The position numbers were made by a program, and so were the translations under genes. Below are positions 36,588 through 49,602 of a DNA stretch of 64,000 nt, piece by piece. The DNA is from Hydrolagus affinis. Its lineage: Eukaryota. The notes under the pieces were generated by a model. The model saw nothing but the letters and a program-made list of their open reading frames with translations, had not been told where the DNA came from and did not search any database. How positions within the stretch are numbered: the first letter of the stretch is position 1; each line of letters starts with the position of its first letter. Where the stretch lies: contig JAAILG010000003.1 in assembly GCA_012026655.1 (NCBI GenBank), forward strand, positions 186,001 through 250,000. The letters are read 5' to 3'.

Positions 36588-39500
36588 CACCTGGGATTCA
36601 GATTACCAAAGCACTTGTTACACACTGTGAATTGGAGGAACTATCATTCGTCACAAATAAATAAAGGCAGCTATCTCTGGGATTTCAGCCACGGGCGCTA
36701 ACTGTGAAAACACTTGTCTTGAGACAGTGACTGCTCTTGACTGAAACAATAATCAGTGAGCAGAAATATGATATTAGCAAATTCATTAAATTAGTTATGT
36801 AAATTAATACCAGCCTTGTTGCTGTTAAGGATGATTTAACATCATGATTTATTTCACCAAATCTAGTTTGGTGCCACAAATTAAACAGTTGAGAAAAAAA
36901 CTAAGCAAAACAAAACAATTAGACTTCTGCCTGTTCAGATTTAAATAGCCTTGCTTGATGCCAAACCTAATATCTCCAAATGTTCCACATCAACAGTCAC
37001 ATTACAGTTCCATATTTAGTGATGTTGGTGCAAATTTCGGGAGTTTGACATCTTCTTGAAATTTTTAAAGCATATCTTTTCTCAGTCTCGATTTTACAAC
37101 CAAATAAAATAAATACTCAATTATAAATAGAATACATTTCAGTGAGAATTGGAATTTTAAGAAGATGTCATGGCTAAGTTTTACCCCCATCACAGAGGGT
37201 TCATTTGTTAAAAGAAAGTTAAAAATTCCTGTTATGTTTCCAACAATTTTGGATTTCAGATAAATGGAGGCTGAAGGGTGCTGATTAAACTTTGAAAACG
37301 GTTTAGGAAAATAAATTTATAATGTTTGTTCATTTGGGTAATGTAAATGCAAATCTTGACTTATTGCACATTGTGGAAATGAAGTAATGGAAATTAACTA
37401 GGCAAATAACGTTCATATAAATCTTTGCTTAAATTTTCTTTCCAACCCCCGATGCATATTTATTTAAGCACCAAATTATATTGCTGGAGCCTGAAGCCAA
37501 ATTCTGAATTACTTAATTCTGTATCTCAGCATCTCAACCATGCATCTGTAAGAGATACTAAAACTGAGACAGATGATCCCTGGGCCAATCCTATATGTAT
37601 CTCATTTCAGAGCACCACTTGTACCAGATCATCGACCTCACCTTTTGTCCAATTATTTTGTATGAACCAGGAAAAGAAGCACATTGGAAGAGAAAACCCA
37701 TTAAAAAAAATCCTTAACACAAGTTCTTCATTTTTTACATAATTAACTCATTTCAAATCTACTAACACAAATAGATATGTAATTAATAAATCATAATCCG
37801 CCGATAACAAAAAGCTTAAAATGTGCTTGTTATCAAATCAAATATTGTATATGTATTTGTACTTATTAAGTCAGGAAGCTACTAACCAAAATGATAACTT
37901 CAGCTTTCATTTTTGGTACTAGATTGGGGTGAACTTTTATACATTAAAAATTTTGACTTAAGAATTTTTTTAAAAAAATCTTCCAATGAATAAAAACCTG
38001 AGCTGGGACCATCTGGATCAGATGTATGCAATCTCATCTTTATGAAAAATGGTGTTCCACGCACACACAATCTCTTTTTCATTCATGATAGGCTTCCTTG
38101 TAAAATTATGTTGTTCTCTATCCATCTATTGAAAAGTCCAGGCAACTTGGAAAGAAAAAAACAGATAAATTGGATCATTGTTACCTGGTCGAAAATAATG
38201 TTTTGCAAAATGATTCTGTTAGCTATTTCTATTACACTTCTCCCTCTCAACTTGAATAACACATTTGCATTCAAATCTTGGCTGACATTGTAACAATGTT
38301 TCGCAGTAAGTGATGAATTCGGTTTTTAAAGACATATGCAAATGATACTTATGCTGCTGCATTGTTCTAATCAGATTCCACTCGAGCAGAAATTGATTTT
38401 TAAAATATTCACTAATTCCATTACCATTTTTATTTGCATTTTTGTCATTTTTTTTCTCTCGAAACGTGGATTGATTTTATCATTGTAAAAATGCATTCAC
38501 TTTGCAGAGAGACATTTACATTTTAAAGAGGCAGGCAGCATCCCTCTGTGCGTGCCTACAAGCAGCACATTTTCAAATTTGCTATACATACGATCTGCAA
38601 GAGATCACGGTAACATACACGTATTAATTAACCCTATAACTGGAATGGCTTCATGTATTCATCTCACATCTCAGTAAAATGATCTTTGTTACATTCCATA
38701 TACATCTTATTCCTTTCAAAAAAGTATTTGTGTCACCCTATGAATACATTATCCAGCCATAGATTGTATGTGGAACATGAACAGTTAACACAAGACGTTT
38801 GATGCACACGTCCCATCTACCATTCTGTTGATTTCTTGATGCTGTATCCGCTTGTATGAATGCAGAGATCATAGGTCCCTCAGTAGGAGAGAGAGAAAGA
38901 TTGAGGGCAAGTCATCGGAAGGCTGAATCTCTAAGCATCTGGCTGAGAGCTGCATTGATGTGACTGAGAGCAGAACAGCAGCCTATCCACCCTTCAGTCT
39001 CCATTAATTCATGCTTGAGTGAGGCCAGATTAAAAGGGAGAGGTTCTTTTAAAAAAAAAGTATTATCACAAAACAAATCTCTTTTAAAAGTGCATGCATA
39101 TGCCTTTTGGACCCCATTGATGTCACCTGCGACTGTGCTTCCTTCCTTAAGGATGGGATACAGGCCACAGATACTGCTGGAACTTCAGTTAATAGTGCCT
39201 TGGGAGCTTCCCCATGCGAGTGATGCAAAATAAATGCAAGTTGGTGACTGTATTCTCAAATTGGCTCCCACGCAGTGAAGATTTGCCTGGCAAGATTGAT
39301 CTTATCCAAAACCAGGGAATATTTCATCTGGTATCCTGGCTAGGAACTGGCAAATCTCATTAAGCAACACAATTTGGCCGCCAGTCAAGTGTTGTGCATC
39401 AGACTTGTCCCAGAGGAAATGGGCATACAGAAATTATAATTTCATGGCTCCTGTTGGGAATCTAATTGTGAAGTATGAAAAGTAATGGCACTGTGATGGC

Positions 39501-41299
39501 ATTATTGCACCACTAAATATGGTTAGAAAATGGACAGAATCAGAACACTATTATTATCAAAATGACAGAACCATGTTCCATATATTTTAATAATAATATA
39601 CTATAACATACACACCGAGCATCCATTTTCTTTCAAAACTTGCCAAGGTTCATTTAAACTTTCTTTTTTCAATAAATCAAACCACTTTCTGATGTAACAA
39701 CATCTGCGGGGGAATCTATTGCTGTAACTTCAAAAAGAACACATCTGTCCCTTTCATAGGTACAGGAAGCAATTGCTTGCTCCCAATTAACTTCTGATTC
39801 TCTGACACGTGTCTGAATTGATGGCAGATGTACTGACACACAACATGTGGGAGAAATTCCATCTGCATCTAGATTTACTCCATTAAAGCAGCCTTTTAGA
39901 GTGTCCAGAACTTGGCAAATTCTTAAACACAGCCTTAATTTTAAAGCTATTGTACAGTAATGTTCTTTTAACATAACATTGCCAATAAAATTTAGACTTG
40001 GGTTGAATTTCTCCATCATTGTGCTTTCTCAAGTAGAGCTGAACATAATGAAAGTTTCAAGGACAATTTTTTTTAATTAAAATATTAAAATGGGTTCGTT
40101 CATCTACCTGTACCTCATGTGGATTGTGAGAACTAGTTGAGGAGATAGTGAACTTCGATTTGCCCAACATTCATACCAATCCCAAACAACAACAAAGTAC
40201 ATTTATCAAGCAGTTTCACATCAGGAGGATGTCCCAAGGCACTGGATGGTCAGGAATTTGGGCTTGAGCTGGAAATAGGAACAGGGGGATGGAGGCAAGG
40301 GTGTCAAATTACTTCCTCAGTCATTTGGCAAGATGGTATTTGCATGAGATGGTATGGGCAAAAGCAATTTGTGACCGTTTCAAATGAAAAAGCAGCCTGT
40401 GTTTATTTTGGTTTCCTCCCCCTACCCCTCTCCCCTCTCGACTAATGCAGGTTTTTTTTTAACCAAGGTTGGCTGAGGGAATAGTAGATTTGGAACGTAC
40501 ACTACATTATATGCCAGACAATTTCCATTGTTTTGTTTTGGCACAACTCACTGTAGCCGAGATTTTAAGAGATCGATTCTGTGTACAAGCGGATTTTCTG
40601 TGTGCGTGCTGACCTGTTTGGTGTTATTACGTAGGACTTTAGAAAAAACAAATGCAAAGACGGCTCTTGATCCACAGGAAAACTTTCAAAATGCGCACAC
40701 CAAAAAAAAGAACACATGGAGCATTTGTTTCATGCTTTCCTTTTTTGCTTTCCATTTATAAAAGAGCTTGCGTTGTTAGGATAGTGCATTCTTGTATTCT
40801 GGAAACAATGTTGGAATTGTGAGTGTCAATTGTCTATTATTTAACATGCACAAAAGCAAAATCATGCCATGACTTTGCAACTGGCTAGATAGATGGCAGT
40901 GTTCTTTCAAATGTCCTCCCATTCTATGCAGATGGCTGAAAAGTTGTTGCCTGGAGATGCAGCATTGCTATGGAATAACATTCACAATTTTGACTTTGAA
41001 TTCTTTTACAATGCAATTGCTCATTGAAAGCACACTTTTCATTTAATGTCGTTACTGACCAGACGAGCTACTGCTGAGCTCCTGGCACTGAAAATCCTTT
41101 AGCGTTAATCGTCAGAAGAAATGCAAGTACACGCAAGCCCTTTGCTATCCCTCAATTAGTTTTCAAAGAGGTTTTGCAACTGCATTTGAATTGGAGATTT
41201 CCACTCCAGAGCTGGAAAGCATAACACACTTCTCACCAAGTGATTCTGTGCCAGATCTCTCCTCTATGTGTGCTATTTTTGAAAGCCTGCAATTCCATG

Positions 41300-41510
41300 T
41301 ATCAGCCAGGCTCGGTGGGTAAGAATCAGAAGATTTTGAGAATCTTTGAGAATCAGAAGATTCTCAGAAGATTGTCGGTTCAATCTTGCCCCACGTCAGA
41401 ACTTTGAGCTCACAGTGTAAGCCAACAGTTCAGTGCAATGATGGGGGAGCAATGTCAGAGATGTTGTCCTTTAGCAAACAAAGTCTGTGGTCAGATGGAT
41501 GTGGAAAGAC
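41300..41510 (+). mobile_element. Family B SINE 5' fragment
   Basis: CAGCCAGGCTCGGTGGGTA...CAGAAGATTGTCGGTTCAAT...AGAACTTTGAGCTCACA...GATGTTGTCCTTT...GATGGATGT. Confidence 0.6.
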
Positions 41511-41821
41511 CTTGTACTGTACAAATCCATCTAATTGACATGGCGTATGTAAATATAGGAGATTAAGCACCACACAATCCTTCCACTGAGAATAATTGAC
41601 CAGAGAAGGAGGTGTGAAAAGAAGCAGGAGGGGGCAAAGCAGTTTCCTTATTTATCATCTCAGAAATATATTGCTGGGCCAGTCACATCCATAGGTCTTG
41701 TAATAGATAAAACCTTGGGAAGTTGTTTACCTGTATACGGTACCCTAAGACAATTTGGGAGAGTCCATTACACCTAACATATGGCAATAAAATAAATCAC
41801 TGACTCACATGCAATATTACT

Positions 41822-42080
41822 GGAGATTAGCACAGTGGCTAGAGCACTCGCCTTGCAAGTGAGAGACCTGGGTTTGATTCCTGATCAGGTAAAATCTTGG
41901 GCAAGTTTCCTTACTCCACTCACCTCATAATATTCCCTCAAGCCAAAAAATAAATAAAATTGGTCACTTCAATCTACGACTGTTTGTGGGACACTGCTGT
42001 GTGCAATTGGCTGCCATGTTTCGCCCACAAAATATACAGTCAATTCACTTTACAGTATATCTGTGAAGCACTTTGAAACT
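41822..42080 (+). mobile_element. Family A SINE, 3' tail lost
   Basis: TAGCACAGTGGCTAGAGCACTCGCCTTGCAAGTGAGAGACCTGGGTTTGATTCC head plus body. Confidence 0.9.
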
Positions 42081-42444
42081 TCATCCAATTAAAAAGTATC
42101 AGCACAAAACTGCCGTTTTTCACAGAATACAATGCACACATCACATTGAATTATATTCAACACTTAATAAATTACAAGCTCTATGCAGTAAATAGAACTG
42201 GAGAAACACTCTCGTACTTACTTCCATTAAGTTGAAGACCTTTTAAGTTAGGCAAAGCTGTCAGGTAGATACTAATTAAAACGCAGCAAATGTGCAGAGC
42301 AGATTGTGCAGCAGCACTCTCTATAGTTACTGTCAATGTTTTTATATTTTTTATTCCATCATTAGCCCCTGACCTGCAAATCAGTCATTTCAGTTTCAAC
42401 TACAGACTTGTTGCTACTAGTACCCATGGAGTAACCATGGGGGA

Positions 42445-42632
42445 TATTTCTGAGAAAATCCTTTATTAAAATGGTTTCTTCACCAGTAATAAAATGATAC
42501 TATCTTCACGATGACTGAAGCTCTCAAAGAATACTCAGAGGCTACAAAGGGCTTAGAGTGGAGTTAGAAGGCAATTAATTAAGTCAAGATATCACTCTGA
42601 TTCTCAATGGAGAAAGTTTCAGCACAGAATGA
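42445..42632 (+). repeat. Copy 1 of a diverged direct repeat of about 188 bp
   Basis: Collinear with 43723-43909. Confidence 0.9.
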
Positions 42633-43229
42633 TTGGTAATATGAAAAATTGTAGTAAAAATATTTAATTTCATATTTTTAAAAAAATACTGTATGAAGCA
42701 CTTTTTGCTGTTGACAGTTTTAAACATGGGATCACAATGTGAACCCTACTGTCCATTAATATTTAAATAATGATGAATTGTGTGTCTTTGTAGAAGGATT
42801 TTCTAACTTGTAGGTTTTGGCCCAGGTGAAATCTGACTCTTTAATAATCTCAAGTAACCTTCCTACATTCCCGCTCCCCAGTGAACACACACATGTGATG
42901 ATTTTAGCAACAGAATCTGCAGATGTGACATCTGCCAATGTGTGTTTACTCAGAACAAGTATATTAAACTCTTGCATTTAAATAATGGGAAGGGAATACT
43001 TAATACTTCAATAGCTTTAGCAGCAAATTCCCGGACTCAATTCACTCAGCCATTCATACTTGGCTACATTTAGCATTCCCCAGCTAAATGACAAATCAAT
43101 TTCTTAATATATATTGAGGGACAGGTGAAAAATTGAGAAAAAGTGAATGGACCCAGCCAAGCATGCTCCTAGTGGCCAATACAATGCAGGACTCACATGG
43201 GGCAGGAGAGAGTTGATATCCAGACTGCA

Positions 43230-43485
43230 ATGATAATAATAATAATCCCTGCATTTGATATAGTGGTTTTCACATCTTCTAGACTTCTCAAAGCGCTTCA
43301 CAGAATATGCTGCAAAGTGAATTGACTGTATATTTGTGGGTGGAAATCAGCAGCCAATTGCGCGCAGCAGTGACCCACAAACAGTCGTGCATTGAAATGG
43401 CCAGTTTCTTATTGCTTTTTTCTTCAAGAGATTATTATGATTAGGAGTGTAGAGTAAGGAAACTTGCCCAAGGTTTCGTTCTGAG
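43230..43485 (-). mobile_element. Family A SINE lacking the tRNA head
   Basis: ATAATAATAATAATCCCTGCATTTGATATAG...GAGTAAGGAAACTTGCCCAAGG. Confidence 0.88.
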
Positions 43486-43722
43486 AGTGAAAGTGGATAA
43501 AAACAATTTATAATTAACCTCAATTCTCAATAACTGGTTACATTTTTGTGAAAAATAAATTAACTCACCTGATAGGAGTTAGCATGACTTGTAATGAGTT
43601 TAATACTATAATTCCTAAATTATCTTTAGTCTCCAATTTATTATAATGAAGCACACCGCAGGAATTCCCTGACAATTGCATTTTTTTTTACAAAACCTAA
43701 TTAATATTGTTGAATGATACAG

Positions 43723-43909
43723 TATTTCTGAGAAAATCCTTTGTTAAAGTGGTTACTTCACCACTGATAAAAGGATATTATCTGCATGATGACTGAAGCT
43801 CTTAAGGAATACTCACAGGTACTAAAGGCTTACAATGGAGTCGGAAGGCAATTAGCTAAGTCAAGATATCTTCCTGAATCCCAATGGAGGAGGTTTTGGT
43901 TCAGAATGA
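43723..43909 (+). repeat. Copy 2 of the direct repeat of about 188 bp
   Basis: Collinear with 42445-42632. Confidence 0.9.
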
Positions 43910-44389
43910 CCTTTTTACTACCAGGATAAAGCAAATGTGTGTTGCATAATTTTAAATGGGCTAGAATTTGACTTGTAAAATTTAGGATTCATCTACCCAC
44001 TCCGCCTCCCCCCATACTGACAACAGAATATTCTGGCCCTTGAGGCTTTTAATGGCATATCTCAGGAAAAGGGTCAATTGAGAGTTCTAGCAGCACATCA
44101 GTATTTGCATCTTGCTGTTAAGTATTGAACCAAAAATAAATTGAAAGCAACAGAGAGCACAGCTTTGAATGCTATCACTCATATGACATTCCCCTGATGG
44201 TATCATGTTGTGAAAATGATCAAAGCTAGGACCAACATTTTTACACTGCTAAACATTTAACAGGTAAAAAAAAATCCAAATGGATTACCCCCATTTTACT
44301 CCTCAGAGTGTAAACGATTAACTGTTTGGTTTTATGGCAAATGACAAATGGAGCTACACCATATTTTTGATTCCACTGTGATGGTGTTG

Positions 44390-44566
44390 ATTGGTCATTT
44401 CAATCCATAGCTGTTTGTGGGACACTGCTGTGTGCAATTCGCTGCTGCGTTTCGCCCACAAATACACAGTCAAATCACTTTGCAGTATATTCAGTGAAGT
44501 GCTTTAAGACATCTAGAAGATGTGAAAAGCACTATACAAATGCATGGATTATTATTATTTTTATTA
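44390..44566 (+). mobile_element. Family A SINE 3' half
   Basis: TTGGTCATTTCAATCC...GGACACTGCTGTGTGCAATT...AAATGCATGGATTATTATT. Confidence 0.85.
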
Positions 44567-47500
44567 GAAATGGATTTGGCAGGTTCTAGATACACTGGTA
44601 ACATTTACCAGGGTGGATTCCATGCATATGATTCTTCGCCATGTTCTTATTGTATCCTATGATTTTAATCTGTAGCTGCAAGGAGAAGGGACGGGAGATA
44701 TTAACATTGCTAAATAATTAGACATTATGATTTTCTTGCCATGTTAGTCAAAAAAATAAGATTAAAATATGAAAGAAGTGTAAACTCTTCCATGGGTACG
44801 CACCGATGTCCTCAAGATGTATTGAAGACACTTTTAGAAAAGTCCCGTGTCATGTCCAAACAATAACAACAACAAAATTACACTTGCACATGTAATTTCA
44901 CGTCAGGAGGACGTCCCAAGACGCTGACAATAAATAAACAATAAAGGCAAGTTTGCCAACCCTTTGCTGTTTTGTTATTTCTGTATATTATTATTTATAC
45001 TGTTACTGCCTATCCAAGGCATAATATAAGAATACTAATGAACATAAATTGCAATGAAGAAGTATTTTTTAAACCTACTCTGCAACATTTGACACATACT
45101 AACTGGTTTTTACATTATAGTAATGACATGAAATAGACTACGCATTGTAGATGTGTGGACATCTAGCCATTAAGTCAGAAATGACAATTGGCTATTTTAC
45201 CATCTCTCCTAGATGACATTATCCCAGCCTTTAATCACAATGAACATATTCATTGTGTAATGAGGAATAATTTGGGTTGTTAAATGCATACATCAGTATT
45301 ATATATAGTAAATTGCTAATGTCTAACAATTCAAATGTCTTTAGAAATCATCTGAACCCTATAGTTGGATTTAATATGAACCTCTTTCCTGACTCGCTAT
45401 TATTCTGTATTTATCAACTAAATCAGTGACCCATCTCACTGACCTTACCTACACTATAATAGAAAACTTAATACTATAATCATTATCTTCTCAGCATGCT
45501 TTTTATAAATTCTCCAGCTTCTGAAAATATTCATTATAATTTCAAAAGTGCTATCTGAACAGTGTGCCAGATCTTAATACTGTAGGGAACCAATGTAGAT
45601 GGTGGTTGATTAGAGTGCAGCTCTCATTCTCTTAGGCTGTTAATAATCTTAAAAAAAACAACAATCCTTTCAATGAGATTCAAAGAAAAGAATTGTACTG
45701 TATGTTGGTTTCCGCACTGAAGTATTTGAGACGTCTCGAGGTTGTGACAAGAAACGGATTATTATTACATAGTTTCTTCAAAAAAAAATCCTATAACTCA
45801 GCTGAAAAGTAACCATTAAATTGGCAAAACTACAAAAACTCACATTTATAAATTTTCCTTGTTGAATATGTTGCGCTGTGGATTTATATTCATAGAGCTC
45901 CACCTGAAATTTTCAGGATCAATGGTGCAAACAGCCATCTGAGGGATTTTAAGGATAATGTTTTAAACTCAATTTGATTGAGTACTTCCATTCTGTAAAG
46001 AGTCTGAAGATATCGATTCCTATTTGATGAAAACTTGCAGAAAAACAAACCTTGTTTTGTGCCAATTAGTTCTCTCGATGTACTCTGCGTACACAAGAAA
46101 ACAAAGAGAAAATTCTGTCAGCCAATATTTGTGTCACCATGAGCGTTATACTAGAGAGGAGGACAATGCATAAGAGATTCAGGGTAGGATAATGGTTCAA
46201 GACTTGATGTCCATGTTTCACTTTGAATATTTATTTTGGCTTGAAATTGCTGTTATGAATCACATTGCTCAACATTAATAGGTGTGGCTAATAGCTGCAA
46301 AATTCAGCTTAACTACATCCCGAATAAAAGATTCCAAATTCTGAGTAAAAAAAGGAAGAATATTGATTGCATCACATCACCTGACAAATGAGAATGATGT
46401 AGAATCTTATCTGGTTTACTCTGGTATGGTAAAATCAATCCCGCCCTCCACAATTGGTATAACATAAGCCACTGTTATGGCTCAAATCAAACCAACCAGG
46501 GAAAGAATCCTCTGCTAAAATGACAATAACATCACCTGAACAGCCACATTGCAAAAATCAACAATTCTTCCCAGTGTAGGATCTAACAACAACACAAAAT
46601 TCCATTTGTGTAGTGCCTTTCATGTCAGGAGGACATTGCAAGGAGCGGGGCAGTCAGTATTTCGGACCCGAGCTTGAGTCGGGATTGAGGAGGGTGGAGA
46701 GAAGGAAGGGGAAGGATGGGGGGTGACCGATGGCACAGTTGAAGAGATTCCCTAGTTCCCTGGGATCCTGTTCCACACTTGCAGGTCACTGTGAATTTCT
46801 AGTCTGAACTTGTGCAGTGTTTGTTTATTTATTACAAGAGAACGGAGACGATAGTGGTAACCTCAAAGTCAGTTTTGAAAGCAACTGCAAGGCCTGAAAG
46901 CTCTCTCAGCCACAGCTACCATTCACCAGCTGAGCGGGTTGTAGGTGATATTTGCATTACTGCCTTTGAGAGCGAACAGTTGAACTTTCAGCCAGAGGGG
47001 GTTTGCTCGTAAAGTCAAAAAGGCCAGGTATGGGGCATAGAATAAAATAGCTCTGCTGTCACCACACTTCACAAGCAGTTCTCATCTCAGTGGTTGGTTT
47101 GATTAAAAAAAACACAGATTGACAGAGAGGGCAACAGTGTGCACTTCAGGGTATTTCCATTTATATTAAGCACAGGTTTTTTTCTGGGACAGGCCCAAAC
47201 ATGCAACCTTGGCCACTAGATAAAGTACTGTACTGTATTACTTATTGCATACATTGCAAGAGAACCCTCAGGCTAAGGATACTTATATAACTATATAACC
47301 AGTTCCTAAAACATGAAAGGTTTCAATATATGCTGGACTTATAGAAGAGAAGATCAAGGTGGTCACGCCATAGCAGGTAATTCAGGACACTGCTTGGTCA
47401 CTTAACTTCTGGTTGCGATAAGTGAGTTTGGAAACTGTCTGGAAGGATTGAATTTCAGGATTCATCGACTTCAAATGGGGCTATCAAAATAGCAGTAAGT

Positions 47501-48142
47501 GCCCAAGGTTACATATGGGAAGATCTGACAGCGAATCCAAAACGTTCATATCTGATCAGACAGCAGTCAGATCATCACGTTTGTGCACTGTAATATCAAT
47601 GTGTAATATTTCTTAGTCATTTACCTGTCAATATTTATTTAGACAGCTGGCTGATGAGAACTATTTAATATGGGGGATGAGGGCTTGATTGGCGACGCAA
47701 CAAGCTAATGCAGGAAATATAAAAAATAGATGTCAGGCTAAAGCCTCCGTCTGTTCTTTAACCCAACAACAAACAAGATTTATATAGCACCCTTCACATT
47801 GAGTCCCAGAGAGCTTATACCCAGATAATATCACTATCATAGTTTCCTTTTGTCCAATAAATAATGGATAGTCAGAATGAATCCTCAGGTTTTGTTCAGG
47901 ACTAGGAATGTCATATTACATTTGATCATTTGTGTTGCAAGGGATTTTTAAGATAGGTAGGCATTTCATTTTGATATCTTGATTTCCCTTATTGTTATGA
48001 AGCATAGAAACTGTAGCTACTCTATGTAGATTAAGGAATTTGGAGTAAATGTGTGGCAAGGGAAGATAAACATGTCTGGGCATTCATTGTCACATAAATA
48101 ATTTGTTTTCAAAAGAATGCAACCTATTTATTATTAAATTAT

Positions 48143-48255
48143 TATTTCTCCCACAAAATATGCAGTCAATTCACTTTATAGTGAAAAGTGCTTTGAGACG
48201 TCTTGAAGATGTGATAAGGCACTCTATCAAATGCAAGGATTATTATTACTATTAT
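48143..48255 (+). mobile_element. Family A SINE 3' fragment
   Basis: CCCACAAAATATGCAGTCAATTCACTTT...TCAAATGCAAGGATTATTATT. Confidence 0.8.
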
Positions 48256-48633
48256 GGACTCCACGTTCAATGTCTGTTTTAATTTCTAGAAATAAACAGG
48301 AATGTTTACTACAAAAGTCTTTTGAACAAAATTTAAAATACATTTTCAATATATAATGGAAGCCTTTTAAATTTACACACAGAAACTGCTATAACTACAT
48401 CAGGTGTTAAGATGAATAAATGCTATTTTCTCACCTACACATTTTTCCATAGGCTTTGTTCTTCTGCTGTAATTGTTACATGACTTAACAAATTTAAAGC
48501 AAGTGTATCCTGGATTGATACAGCAACAAACATTAATATTATTATTTTTAAGCTGCTTGGATGGTTTCATTATCTCCGTACATCTTTTCTCTTTTTGATT
48601 GCATGGTTGTCTTTTTCTCTGGTCCTCAGCACT

Positions 48634-48758
48634 GAAGTGTGATTAATTCAAGCTGCTTTCGTTCTTTATCTTGGAGCTTCATCAGTTGTAGTAAATTGTA
48701 CTACAGCAGATGATGGTCTGAGATAAAGGACCAGAACATCCTGAATTAATCACACTTC
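48634..48758. repeat. 125-bp imperfect palindrome, MITE-like hairpin
   Basis: Perfect 17-bp outer arms GAAGTGTGATTAATTCA / TGAATTAATCACACTTC; inner pairs CTTTATCT/AGATAAAG and TGTAGTA/TACTACA; centre at 48696. Confidence 0.85.
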
Positions 48759-49269
48759 CACCACAATGAAGACAAGCAAAATTGCTGAAAGGGTGGAACG
48801 TTATTATACAACAAGGTTCACTTGTGCAATTTTCCCTTCATAAACTGAAACAAAAATGAATGATGCTGAAGGTAGATTTATACAGGATAATTATATCCCT
48901 CTAATGAAACAACAATAATACATTTGATATAGCATCTCATTATGTCATTGAGATGTCTCAAAGCATTTCACAGGATATACTGTAAAGTGGATTGACTTGT
49001 GTATTTTGTCGGCAACCAGTTGCATATAGTAATGTCTCACAAATAGCCATGGGGGGATTGTTAACCAGGACCCTGGGAGAAACTCACTTCTCTTTTGGAA
49101 TCGTGCTATGAGATCTTTAACGTCCACCTCAATGGGCTCAATGGCCTTTTACTGCTTTCTTATGTATGTCTGATTAAAGGGATCAAATTATCTTGCAGAC
49201 TGATTTAAGAACGCATGATAACAGTATTTTTTTTTAACATGCGAGAAACTCTTGATTATGTTCTTTTCG

Positions 49270-49602
49270 AATTGGCTCTAATACCAATTTACAGGTGCAA
49301 TATTACATATATTTGGGGGGGGCGGGGGTGAACTGGAAAACAATTAATGTGTAAAAATACTAGGCATAATTGTACTGTAAACATCTTAGCAAATCTGCCC
49401 GTTGTTTGTGTGACATTACTGGAAGGCTGCACATTGTAAATAATATTTTCACACGTGGAAACTGCAGGTGAGAAATAGAAGCGAAAGCACCACAAACAAA
49501 TGATTTACAAAATGTGTTGTCAAAATATATAAACTGTTGTTTTTGAATAGTATGAGGACTATATTGTAAAAATCGTATGTAAGTAATACATGACAAAAAC
49601 AG
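49270..49602 (+). promoter_or_regulatory. Candidate alternative promoter and short first exon (MTKT, phase 1) of C10orf90
   Basis: ATTGG 49271, CCAAT 49284, GGGGCGGGG 49319, CACGTG 49452, TATATAAA 49526, ATG 49590, donor CAG|GTATGT at 49602 in phase with exon 50742. Confidence 0.35.

Noticed and set aside
40880-40902. CTCF site (TAGATGGCAGTG)
   Set aside because: Only the 3' half fits; the 5' CCAC/CCAG part is absent.
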